From assembly GCF_040938485.1 (NCBI RefSeq), contig NW_027271662.1:496001-560000 (forward strand): a stretch of 64,000 bases of DNA. Direction: 5' to 3'. Position numbers and translations under genes: made by a program. The stretch comes from Diadema antillarum (taxonomy: Eukaryota). The notes under the pieces are model-generated. The model was not told the origin of the DNA, did not search any database, and saw only the letters and a program-made list of their open reading frames with translations. Below are positions 49,226 to 61,713 of the stretch, one piece after another. How positions within the stretch are numbered: the stretch's first letter is position 1; each line of letters opens with the position of its first letter.

Positions 49226-51793
49226 TGAGACTCCTATAATATGTCATGTATGTTTAAACCATATAAAATTTGAGACGGGTCACATTGAATCTCCCCCCTC
49301 CCCCCCCCCCCCCCCCCATTAGAATTGCTAAACACCACGGCTCTAGAAACATCTTTCCATTTTAATCCAGAAAGTAATCAACTCCCTGTTTTTAGCCGAG
49401 GGTGAGCATGAAGCCACTCCATGAAATGAAGATTAGCATTTTTTCTTTTGCAAAATATATGTGAAAATGTTTAATTTCATAGATAATGATAACTATTTAT
49501 TCTGTCTTTTAAACTGTTGTCAGGTTATTCCCTTTCTTAGAATGCACTGGCCTTGAATATTTACAAGAATACTCTAAAGAAATATATAATAGAAAAATAC
49601 AAGAGAACGAACTTAAGAGAACTTGACTTCTATTCACTTTTATCTTCTTCTTTTTTAGGGGGGGGGGGAGGGTGGATTATGGATGAAAATATGAATCTGC
49701 TAATGGATATAAAATACTCAAAGTATGCTTTCCATTATATTTCATACTACATAGGGTTAGTTTGTATTGTTCATATTTTGGATATTTCTTCACCATCGAT
49801 AGCCTCAGTGCTTCAACAACACCTGCACACTTTGAATTGATTGTTTAAGTAGAGAACAAAAAAAAAAAATAAGTCGCCTGATGTTTTTTGTAGTAGACAG
49901 CCACACAATGTATGTCAATTTTGGGCAATCTCTGGCAATGCAATGTCATAAGTGGAGTAGCTTTGTGACACTTGACAAAAGCATGATTTTCTCACAAACC
50001 CTTTATGTATGATATAAGGATTGAAAAATAGAGTTTGTTCCAAAACCTGAGAAAACTCAACATATCATATCTACTTTTTTTTGCATATAAAAGAACACTG
50101 GACTTCACTCTTTAAGAAGGCAGAAACTATTATCATTGCCCTTACGTCAGTGACTTGTCGAGGAAATGTGCATGTTTTTCCTAAGAGAAAAGAAATGTGA
50201 AATTCTCTTTAGGTTTTTCTTGAATTGTTTTACGCATGCGACTGCACAAAGGATTTAAAGATTATTAACTTTGAATTGAATGTCCGCTTTTCAATTTTTT
50301 TACTGATGTGTTCTAATCGTATAAGCCAGTTCGGGGTACCAGTTTGAGCATGTGCGAAAAAAAGGTTATTTGTACCGAGAGACAGGTTGTTTTTTTAATT
50401 TCACTGAGATAAGCATCTGTAATGCTAGGATTATTCATGGAATCCTTATAAATGGTGCCTGCCAGTACATCCACTTGACAGCAAGCCTGGTATTTGGCAA
50501 TGTTAACACACAAAAAAAGTTTGTTAACATATTCAAAACAGCACTTGATAAAATAGATGATTCCCTAAGTGTTGATTGACGAACCATACTGGTCACTTCA
50601 TCTACACTGGTTAGGTTCATTCTTTCTTTGAATATGAGTTCCATAAATGGCTATGGTGGGCAAGCTGCTGCATTATGTCACTTTGAGTTGAGTGAAGTGC
50701 CTAACCAACTGAGAAAAATGAAAGGTCATTTGTACCTTTGTGCACATGAGCTATCTCCGGACTGGCTTATTGCAGCGCATTCACTCAATCCACATGTAGG
50801 TCTATATGAAGGTGGACTTGCCCTCTAACTCTGATTATAATTTTAAGCTTTCTTTAAGTAGGTTGTATAAAGTGCTGATATATTTGTGTAAGGTTTGGTG
50901 AAAATTAAGTGTTAAAATGATTGGAAGAGTTGTGAGACTGTATACATCAACACTTGAGGTATTTCTCATGCATGATCATAAATCTGTAAAATATTAATGG
51001 TAATAGTAATAATGATAATAATGATGATGTTAATAATAATAGTAATAAAAATATATTTTGCTCCTGATCATTATGCTTGTGATGGTGCCAATACCAATAC
51101 CTGCTTTATGAATGTGAAAAATCGACTGCTCTTTACAATATTTTGAATGTTGGGGCTAAACTGCATACATTGTGTAATTATATTTATGGTCTACTGAGTA
51201 CAATGTGCTTCTTGTTTCCATCGCTTGAAAAAAAAACCACAATGTATCAAAAAAAAAAATTGTTTTTAAACTTGTCTCACAAGACATATTCCTTCCTCTT
51301 TATGTCCAGTTTGTAATACCACTGATTGGTTAACCTTATTTTCCCTTTCTGAATTAACATTTTCTGTGGAATTGTTAATGTTAATTTGATGCAATGAAAA
51401 GTGTTTTCAGATGTGCTATTCTGCCCAAGATTTATAACTGGGACATATCTTTAGCTGTGTGCATAAAAAAAGTAACCAAATTTAGATGTGCATTCTTCAT
51501 TTTTTAATTCTTTTTTCACCTTTCTTATCATTGGTGTAATTATATATGAAAAACAAAATGTGAAGTATACTAGTTGTATAATGGGGCACATTTGCAAGCT
51601 CTCAAGCTTGGAATTGGATGGAATATGTCAGTACAAGTAGTGAGTTTCAAATATATATGACAGAACTTTGCCATACCCTTCATTGTTTTGGCAATAACTT
51701 GTGTACCAGAAATCAGAGTTGACATATCGCTGTTAATGTCTAAGAGCGTCATAAAGGTGCTTTTGATTACCGTAAGATGTACCGGTAAATTCA

Positions 51794-52102
51794 AGGTGCA
51801 TATCTATGATCCATTCTAGAAGTAGAAGGACAATGTGAAAGATATTTGTCACATAGTTTACTATTACTCTGCGCAAGCTTCAGGGATTTTTTGAGTAAAA
51901 AGAATTAGTGCTTTTTGTCAATGTGGTAACTTCCTTTAAAAGAAGAAAAGATAATCATGTGATGGAAAGAACGAATATTATCTTTCTTATTCAATGCACT
52001 GACCAAATTTCATACATTTTTGATTTACATTGCCCTTTTTATGACAAAATATGCATCTCGTATTAGAATTTGTAGAAATACAATGTATATTTCATGTTCA
52101 CT
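51794..52102. mobile_element. Kolobok-like non-autonomous element nested in the CACTA-like element
   Basis: TTCA|AGGTGCA ... TTCACT|TTAA ends and AT-rich interior. Confidence 0.35.
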
Positions 52103-52680
52103 TTAAAGTAAACCATGAAAAAGAAAATCGCTGTTAACTTGTCCCTCTTCCATGAGACATATATTAAAATGTTAATAATCTATATGTAAGTATGCACTGT
52201 ATTCATCATGTTTATGTTCTATTTGTTGTTGAATTGAAGTCTCTGACTTCAGTTTTCGAAAGATTGTGGATTTAATTGACTGAGAAACTGTGTGTAAATC
52301 TACTGTATGCATGCTATTTTGCTTCATGTCTGGAGTGTTACCTTAGTTAATTGTGAAGTCAGTGAAGGCATCCAGTAGACCTTAGGTAATTGTTTGTGAA
52401 GTTAGTGAAGGCATCCAGTATATAATTTTGGTTTTAACAAAAAGGTTATAATTTTCACCATATGGGGTGCAGAAAGGTAACCCTATATAGAGACGTGTGC
52501 AAATTGTATTGCATCCTATATTGCGGTGACTTTATCACCCCATAGGGTGCAAAATTACAACAATAACAATATGAACCATAATGGGTGCAGGTATGAGGTG
52601 CAGAAGAGGAACCCTGCATAGAGGTCTATATTTGCACCTTTTTGGGTGTTGAATATAGGGTGCTAAATAAGAACCCCCAA

Positions 52681-52995
52681 AAATAGAACCCTAAATGGAG
52701 CCGCTGGTGTTACAACGATATGAACCAGAAAGGGTGCAAATTTGCACCTGAATTTTTGTTCACCCTATGGGGTGCAGAAAGGGAACCCAATGGAGGGGTG
52801 CAAATATGCACCCCAAAAAATAGAACCCTAAATGGAGCCGCTGGTGTTACAACGATATGAACCCTATTGGGTGCAGAAAGGGAACCCAATGGAGGGGTGC
52901 AAATATGCACCATATATGGTGTTAAATATAGGGTGCTAAATAAGCACCCCCAAAAATAGAACCCTAAATGGAGCCGCTGGTGTTACAACGATATG
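52681..52995. repeat. Subterminal tandem array (~137-bp period) of the CACTA-like element
   Basis: AAATAGAACCCTAAATGGAGCCGCTGGTGTTACAACGATATG is identical at 52681, 52818 and 52954. Confidence 0.95.
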
Positions 52996-54159
52996 CACCC
53001 TCTAGGGTGCAAATTAGAACCGTAATTTCTCTGTGTGTAAGAAAAGCAAAGGTCAATAATGTGGTATGAGATTTTATATATCTTATTTGTTTTGTAAAAA
53101 AGAAATTATTGAGTCATTTTTACCTTATATCATGACTGACCAACCATACTTTTACATTCTCGAAACCATCATTTATGTTTTTATGCCAATATATTTGTCT
53201 GTTTTGTAGCTGTTCAAAGTAGGTCTACCATATTTGGTTGATTATCAGCCAGTATTTGCAACATCCACTTTGCACTAATATTAATTGCTTTAATTGTCAA
53301 ATTAGAGATCTTTATAAGCCCAAGAAGGTGTGCATTGATTAGATTGAAATAATTGGCATGTTGTAGAAATGGGGTATAATTGTGTGCATGTGATGTAAAA
53401 ATAGTTTTAACTGGATAAATTTGGCCATTATCATGAGAAAAAAATAGTCTGGCCAAATTAGGTCAAAAAAATTGACTGAATTGGCCATGTGATGCAGACT
53501 AGTGGCGATCTGGCAACCCTGGTTGGGACAGCTAGCTGAAATGTGTGTTGTTATTTAGCACTTAGCCAAGAGTTATTCTCTTCTTTTCTTGATGATAAAA
53601 ACACATGAAAGCAATGTACACTCTCACAAGTTTTTGTGGCCCAATTAGGCCACTATAGTCTATAATTTCTAGAAAAGTGGCAGCCGGACATTCTTTTTTT
53701 TTTTTATTGGCCCCTGGCCACAACTCATGTTGAGCCTTGTATTGACTGTCTTTTGGTTGCCATGGTAAATCAGTATTAATTCTGAAGGAGACTGAAATAA
53801 AACAAAATAATCATTTATGAATACAAATGTTTATTATAGAATAACCAAATTGCAAATGGGGATAGAGATAACATTTAAAGCAAAGAAAAAAAATTAGAGA
53901 AATTCAATTCTTATGTTTTGAATGTACAAACAAATCCAGAATTTCATGTTACAAATTATTGGGCATACATGTATAACAATGCACAAGAAATTATCACTTC
54001 ATTCTCTGTCCTCAAAATTATTCTGTTCATCTCCAAGCATGGATCATGAAAATTGGCTGTATGCCCTCAAATGTAATATTCCAGATACACACTGTATACA
54101 CATTGTAGACATGACCGACCCTCTCTCCTTTCATTTCAATGCCAACATTCACGTAACTG

Positions 54160-54323
54160 TCATATGATACTCCAGAGGCCAGCCACGAATCTTCTGAGGG
54201 AGAAGGCCAGGTCGGATGTGCCTTCATTGTGGTCAACCTTCGCGTCGACGACGTACAATTGTAGGCCTGGGTTGCAGTTCATCCCAGTGGTTTGGACAGA
54301 TCTAGTATCTGTATTTACTCTGG
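54160..54323 (-). CDS. Candidate terminal coding exon of an unidentified minus-strand gene
   Basis: ttttcag| acceptor, phase-1 frame RVNTDTRSVQ...FVAGLWSII*, local GC/CpG rise, minus-strand AATAAA at 53830-53835. Confidence 0.4.
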
Positions 54324-54880
54324 CTGAAAATGATGACTAATGTAGCAAGCACACCTTTAAAGCTACAGAGATGTGGTATTGTGGATTACCGGTAGACTCT
54401 AGGCTCATTGAAGCAGGACACCCTACTTTAGAATCCTTAGAAGAAGTGTGTTAGTTCCCATTATATACCTCATTTGATGAATCCTTGATTCTGATTGGTT
54501 GAAATTGGTGGGGGGCACGGGAATATTCACCAAGTGTCTGCAGCTTTATAGTACCAAAACTGCCACATAGCACTAAACTGCCCTCTTTTACCGTATGTAC
54601 TCAAATGCATGTCCATAAACTGTAAGTGCTTGGCTCCTTCTGCGAGTAGAGGTGACCCTTGTCCAATGTGATTGCAAAGGAACCATCTGTGGCAGTGCCT
54701 GATGTGTGAGCTTGCTAGCGTGATTGCAGTTGACCTTGGAATTGAAATTTCTTTTAATTCAGTCTGTTATATGTAACAGATATAGACTGCTTTTTATCAT
54801 TGCCCTTTTGATCTCAACACTCAGAGCAAGTTCCATGGGTCATAGCATGGACTTGAGATTCCCCCATCTTCCCCCTCCAG

Positions 54881-55123
54881 NNNNNNNNNNNNNNNNNNNN
54901 NNNNNNNNNNNNNNNNNNNNNNNNNNNNNNNNNNNNNNNNNNNNNNNNNNNNNNNNNNNNNNNNNNNNNNNNNNNNNNNNNNNNNNNNNNNNNNNNNNNN
55001 NNNNNNNNNNNNNNNNNNNNNNNNNNNNNNNNNNNNNNNNNNNNNNNNNNNNNNNNNNNNNNNNNNNNNNNNNNNNNNNNNNNNNNNNNNNNNNNNNNNN
55101 NNNNNNNNNNNNNNNNNNNNNNN
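54881..55123. other. Assembly gap (N run)
   Basis: Run of N. Confidence 1.
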
Positions 55124-55618
55124 AAAATCCATATTTGTAAAGTAAGTCATTCTACTTATGTCTTATCGTAGGTGTAATTGATAACTAGGAATCTGGCATG
55201 CTTTAGTAACTTTGTGGCCAGACCTTTTGTGAGAATAATACCAGTGGATGCCAAAAAGATAACCTGGGGGAAAATGAGACCATTATCACTGTTTAAACAT
55301 AAAAGATCCCATGACATGTTTTCACAATATGTGTGATGATAATATGCACCCACCATTTTGATTACAGTATCTTATGGATACTTTCAGGATTCACCAGAAA
55401 CAAATAGGATACATTCAAGTTTGTATTTTTCTTGTGCTGAAGTAGAGAATTCACTAGTTAATACTCCTGATTATGCCAGTTGAGAGAATGGGGGAAGTAT
55501 TCCTGATTATAACGAAGTACATGTTATGTAAATCAAATCCAGAGGAACAGTGGCATTAGCTTGCATTTGTAAATCTGGTATCAGTAGTGTCAGAAGCAAT
55601 AGGTTGAATAGTGTTTAA

Positions 55619-55703
55619 CCCGTTGAAGACTAGTTTTGAGTGTTCTCGCGCTGGGGTAAATGGGAAATGCATGTTATAAGAAAATCAGTCCATCTTCAAC
55701 GGG
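55619..55703 (+). mobile_element. piggyBac-like mini-MITE, family T copy 3 (diverged)
   Basis: TTAA|CCCGTTGAAGAC ... ATCTTCAACGGG|TTAA. Confidence 0.75.
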
Positions 55704-56330
55704 TTAATTAGAATGACTTGAGGCATGTTGAAAATGTTGCTGCATTCAACATCTTATCATGATGACACATTTCCTTGAAACTTATACTCGTGCTACCTTT
55801 CATGCCTGAAGATACCATTATCAGTCACTAAACACACTCCCAGTATATCCTCTTTCCCTTTATCAGTGCTTAAAAGCTTTGGAAAGCATACAAAATGCCG
55901 TGTTACGTGTGCTATAAACTGGTATCTGATATCTTATACAGATATGAACAGGGACATCTTGAGAAAGAGGTATGCAACAGCTGTTTGGTTGTATTGATGT
56001 TTTCACAATCCATTGATAGGACATAGTTTCATGCATTTGCAGTTTACCTTTTGTCCGTGTTAATTGATGAGACACTGATGTGAGTGTCCATAGGTAAAGG
56101 CATTAGTACATGTATGTGTGTGTTGCACCTTGCAAATCTGTCATTTAAAGTCTGTAGGCTGTAAAAAAAAAAGATTTAATTACTCTGAATGGGTCCATAT
56201 ATCTTTATTCAATGATGTGAAAGTGGACACTTCAGTCCTAGGAAGAAAAAAAAAGTATGCTGTGTAAAGGAAGGGCTGCCTCTTCTATGGAAGGACAACA
56301 TGTGGGCACACCTCAGTCACTTGTACCTAC

Positions 56331-56400
56331 CTGCGAACAGTCCTGTACGCAGCATTGATTCACGCCAGTAAGAATGGACTTCCTCTATTGGGGGCTCATC
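56331..56400 (-). CDS. Candidate internal exon of the minus-strand gene (DEPPIEEVHSYWRESMLRTGLFA)
   Basis: ttagcag| acceptor (weak), strong CAG|GTAGGT donor, phase 0 to 1, compatible with 54160-54323. Confidence 0.3.
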
Positions 56401-57963
56401 CTGCTAATTGATGAATAATCCAGCCAAGGAGATTTATTTTCCTGATTGGAAAGCAGAAGGAGGTGATGGGGGTGACCCTCTCACCTTGCCCTCTGACATC
56501 ACCCCCACACCCCCCCCCCCCCCCATCAAACAAAACAATGCATCTTGTTCGTAGTGCCAGTTACACATTGGTCTTGCCAAACTTCAGGCTTAAAAAAAAA
56601 ATTTAAAAAAAATCAGTTATTTACATACCTCAGCTTTGTTCTTACAGTTGTAACCAAGCCAACACAAACCAAACCAGGTTAATTAAGTCCCAACAGTTAC
56701 AAGACATTTTTTTACTTGCTACCCACACACAGAAGTGCTGTCACGTCCTAAACTTTAATGGTACATTTCCTTCTATTTCACAGATTTAAGTGATACAATG
56801 TGTCACTATTGTTGCTACTAGATACATACTGGTAGTTATATTTATTTTCAGTACAATTGATGTTATTTTTCCAGAATAGCTTTTAAACTCTTGTTGCTGG
56901 TAATTGTCATCACATCATAAGTTGTTTTTTTTTTTTCATAATATTTAACATTTTTTCTGTGTGCACTTGCTGTACAATATTTGCTTATTTTCCTGTCATT
57001 GTTCCATACCTTATTCATGCTATTCTTAGCCATCCTGTGGATTATCATGAGCCACTGCAGAATCACCAACTTGCACTGTGTTGTCATAACCACAAGTTCC
57101 TCCATGACTCGGGGGATACCTTCAAGAATGTTGCCATGGTTACAAGTTGATTGGCAGAATATTAAGTGTGCATGTTGAGCATTTTCTGACACAGAACTCA
57201 TACTATATGTGGATATATGAATGTATACACTTAAGTTGCATATCACATGAAACAAGTTAGGTACAGTAGCATTGATGCATTGTATCTCCAAGGCTGATGT
57301 CCCCCCCCCCCCCCCGCCCCCGAAGAAAAAATACAAAAATACAAAAAAAAAAATTAAAAAATTGTGGCTTCCAGGAACCTGATTTTGTAGCTAAAAAAAA
57401 AGAGAGAAGAACTTGATAGATTATTTTCTTATATCAATTTTAATTCAATTCATTTTCAATTCAATTCATTTTATTTGCATTCTTATAATCTTATGTCCTA
57501 TAGATCTTACCGTAGACTGGCAATTAAATCATTCAATCAATCATTTCAATGGATTTGCCAGTAACAAACTCACAATCTGTTTAATATTGATTCAAGTAAC
57601 AAGAAGAGTGTATAAGAAGAGATAACAATGATAATGATATGGATAATCATAATAATGAATAATGATACTGATGATACTGATGGCAATTATGATAGTGATG
57701 AGAGATTGTCAATTATCCTGATCAATCATTGAAAATCATTGTGTTGGCAACCATTAACAAAAGTCCTGTATTGCCCCCCATACATGAATTCAATGATAGC
57801 TTCACATTTTACAATTAGAAGATGAGCCCCACAATCAAGAGCATCTAGTAATTTATCACATCCTGTCGTGCATTTCCCTTTTTACAATGTTATTTATAGT
57901 TGATAAAGAGGTATTCTTTCAATTGAATAACCATGCTTGAATTCCTTTTTAGTTTTGGTTTAA

Positions 57964-58045
57964 CCCGTTGAGGAGTCCCGAGTATACTCGGGAAAGTGCC
58001 TATGGGAAATGCGTGTTGTAGCAAAATCAGCTCGTCCTCAAAGGG
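57964..58045 (+). mobile_element. piggyBac-like mini-MITE, family T copy 4
   Basis: TTAA|CCCGTTGAGGAG ... CGTCCTCAAAGGG|TTAA with intact CCCGAGTATACTCGGG. Confidence 0.8.
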
Positions 58046-59794
58046 TTAAGCAGTGGAAGCAACAGTAAATCCTGTAGTCTGGAGAGATACTAATTTTATG
58101 ACCTTGAATTTTGTCAAGGAGTCCTTGGTTATTTTTGTCTTTTTTTCTGTTGAATCTGAGAGTAAAGAAAAGAGAACTCAATAAAGTAGATATGATGCAT
58201 CATTCAATCATGGCTGAAACAATAATTAAATCTAGTATTTTAGACCAAGTGCTGTGTCATGTAAAAATGGCTCCAACTACAGCTCTAAAAAGATATTCTC
58301 AAAAGTCGACATAATTAGTTAAGAGATATGCTGAATCCAAAAGAAATCATGCGCAGTTTGCATGAAATGCCAACTTGGAAAAAAAAATAACCCCATAATG
58401 ACCAAAAAAAAAATGTATTGTGTATAATTATTGTTCTGTTGTGACAGAAATAGGTCAGTGTTCCAGATACCATTGGAAAGTTCATGTGATGCATCTTCCC
58501 CCATTTTCTTTTTAGCCTCTGTCCAGCATTGTATCAGATCCACATGTTCAGTGCAAATTTACATAGGACTGGTTTTGACATATCAATTATTCGCATGCAG
58601 TAATCAACTCTAAAACTGACACATTCGTATTTTGCCTCAGCTTTTATTTTGAACCAGTAAAGCTGAAGTTTTTGAAGTTTGAACATTTCTCCCAAGCACT
58701 GAATATTGGTATTTTATTTGGAATATTGTACAAAATGAATGCTGTGGATCGGAGCATTGTATATTAGGCTTTCTCTCAGCTAATTCAAGGATATAATGCA
58801 CTATCATGTTAATTTATGTAATTTTGCCCTATTGCCTGCACAAGTATACAATTGAGGCAGGAAAACTGATATAAAAGTCTAATGTATCAGGACTTGTGTT
58901 GAGCTGTATCTATGCCAATAGTATCCATTCATACCACCATGTCCAAATTTCTGCATGGCACACAAAAACATAGCATTGGCATGGGTGAATTTAAAATATG
59001 AAGAATGCAAAGGGTTGTTTATAAAAAAAAATAGTGATGATAAACTGAGGTGTGATGTTTTCTAATTCAAGGACGGCATGATAGTTGAGAATGCATGATA
59101 AAGTGATGGCATTACAAATACCTTTGAAGATATATATGAAAAGAAAAAGAGATTAGCCTAGCTCTTAGGACATCATTGTATTTGTGGACAGCCATGGGGC
59201 AACCTACCAAAAAGCAACCCTTGAATTTTGCAGGTCCCTCAACAGATCTATTTCAGTCATTTTACTCCTTTCAAACCCAGTACCCAACCCCAGTTTGCCC
59301 AGAAAGTTAGAGTCAAGCAAAGGGTGAGGGTGGAAATGATTAATCACCTATAGCAGCATTTTCTGTCTGCTTAAATATTTTTGGAACATATGCAAGGACC
59401 AGCATTTCTTCTCTGTTTTGTGCATATATCTGCAAATAATGATAATGATAATAATGATAATAATAATAATCATTATTATTATGATAGTAATTTCAAAAGA
59501 ATTCATAATTTTATTCAGATATAACTGAATTATTTGATCCTACATTTACATAAGTATTTGAGTGCTTAATTAACCTGCTCCTCTTTGTTAAACTAATAAT
59601 CAAATATTCATTGCTGATTTCATTTGTCTCAATAAGTTTTAAACTTTTTTTTGTATTTTGTGTATATTAAAGTCAATTAAAGCCACACATGATAATAAAG
59701 TACTAGTTAAACCTCTGAATTTTTGACTGAGTTATATGCATTATGATATGCAGTGACGGAATAAAAAAAAAAGAAATAAAAAGAAACAAATTAA

Positions 59795-59870
59795 ATGAAA
59801 CCCGGAAGTGGCACCAGAAATATTAGTTGTGCCCCCCCCCCCCTTTACAGAATTCCTGGATCTGCCCCTG
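59795..59870. mobile_element. Right-end fragment of the GGATCCGCCCCTG MITE family
   Basis: ATGAAACCCGGAAGTGGCACCA (reverse complement of the 7074-7095 module) followed by GAATTCCTGGATCTGCCCCTG. Confidence 0.6.
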
Positions 59871-61021
59871 ATATGTTAGACATGGATTTGTGAGCCAGAT
59901 TTATAGAGCATATGGGAGTGTACAAATTAATTTTTCTATATGAATCATCAGTCAGGATATACTGATATGGATCAAATCAGTTACAATCAGTTACTTAGCC
60001 AAGTTAATGCAAATATTGGCGGGACCAACATGGAACAACTATTGAGTTTTCACCTGTCAAACACTCTCAGAAGTCATCAATAGCAGTGAATAAAAGTTGC
60101 CAGCTTATAATCTTCCAAATGCTTGTTACCTTTCCATCTGATGTTCTGATCATTGTAGACATCTATTACACCTGTTTGTTGTATAAAGTTCATATCAACA
60201 TTTGTAGATAAGATATCCGAGTCTTTGAACAACACTGTGACTTTTCCATTTCGCTTTGTTCCAATTGCCTGTTCAAGGAAAAACACTCTGGTAAAGATGA
60301 TATCAGATATACATCAGATATATATAGATAAATAATTCAACTTGTTAAGTCCTCTTGGAACCAGTTCTGAATAGTGAATTTTCCACAAGTAACTTTCAGT
60401 GTAACAATTTTTTTTTATTGATTGGAGCCCATGACACACAAGCACACCTAGTTCAAGCTTTTTCCACACTTTATGGTCACCTCTGTTTCCCTCTCCTCTC
60501 CCCCTCTTCCAGTCCTGCCCCTCCCCTTCACCCCCACCTCGTTTCGTGATCCACCTTCCTTCAACAGAGAATTTGTTGGCCTGATCTGGTGTGACTAATG
60601 CACATCATGACTGCGTGTCCATATCGGCCGATCTCTTTTGTATTAACAGCCAATCCTACAAGAGATCCCAGGACTTTGGGGTGAAGGAAAACTTTGATCT
60701 TGGATTTAGAATTGTTGGGAAAGGATATTGCGGTAGAGATGTTGCCAAAACAGTGAAGCATGATATTTCTGATATGTTTGCCACAAGATCACTTGTATGC
60801 TCTATCCAGAATTTAAGTGTTACCAGGAGTATGATATCTTTAATGTAATGCTTGAAAATTCATATGATTTGAATCTACCATAGAACTTAATATTTCAATT
60901 AGCCTTTTGGCAATGCTATATAACCATCAAATCAAGACAGAATTAAAATATTGCTATGATAAATGAGCCTCTTTGATTTTTCACAATTATATATCAGCAA
61001 ATGTCATGCTGTATTCATATT

Positions 61022-61713
61022 TGTGATCCTGCACCTCAAAACAAACAAAAAGTCGCCAGACATGAATTTTTATTTAAGACCATATTCTGAAAGAGCAGAC
61101 TTTAAGCTTTAAAATGATGTATAACTCAAATCAAATGGACTCTCCTAACCTATCTAATTATTGGAAAGAAAGCACAAACTCAGGAAAAGTGTGAACTGAG
61201 AAAAGAGGCTCTGAAAAGTACAGTGTCTATTCAAGCGCTTAATCTTTACCAAACCGTGCTGGCTGTGCGATGAATGGGACAAAAAACAGGAAGTAAACCA
61301 CCAGAGTAACAACAATGAAGGAATTATTAGATTAAACTGAAATCAAGCGTGCCTCATTAACACATTCTGTCCATAATCGATGTCAACTTTCACAGCAGTA
61401 GCACTATCTTTTCAAAAGTTATTAAAGTTGAAAGTGAAGAGTGTGGACAAGGTTTTTCAGAAATGAAAAAGGGATTCTAAAGACACACCTAATCACACTA
61501 TTCTACCAAAAATGTTCGAGATAAACTGCTAAAAAACACACTTTCCTGCCCATTTTATGATACCAAATTTTAGCATGATGTAAAAGAAGACCCGCTCTTT
61601 CAGAAAATATGAAAAAGTCAAGTTCGGCTAGGTTGACCCGTTTCACTTATTTTCAGTCCTCAGGCTAAATCAGTGTGTGCGACTTTATGTTCGTTTTGAG
61701 GTGCACGGTCACA
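61022..61713. mobile_element. Non-autonomous DNA transposon with ~35-bp TGTGA(C/T)C TIRs
   Basis: TGTGATCCTGCACCTCAAAACAAACAAAAAGTCGC vs the reverse complement TGTGACCGTGCACCTCAAAACGAACATAAAGTCGC. Confidence 0.8.

Larger units (their letters stand above)
47056..53037. mobile_element. ~6-kb CACTA/EnSpm (CMC)-like element, non-autonomous, carrying cargo
   Basis: 22-bp TIR CACACAGAGAAATTA(G/C)GGTTCT with 1 mismatch, TA duplication (47054-55 and 53038-39), subterminal GGGTGCA/GAACCC arrays at both ends. Confidence 0.75.

Noticed and set aside
50313-50828. Possible L2 reverse-transcriptase or CACTA transposase remnant
   Set aside because: Short similarities exist (VDVLAGTI, TFFSHMLKLV) but motif spacing does not fit either family; left unassigned.
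56629-56800. Strong minus-strand donor (GAG|GTATGT)
   Set aside because: All three frames hit stops within ~18 codons and there is no nearby acceptor; at most a non-coding exon.
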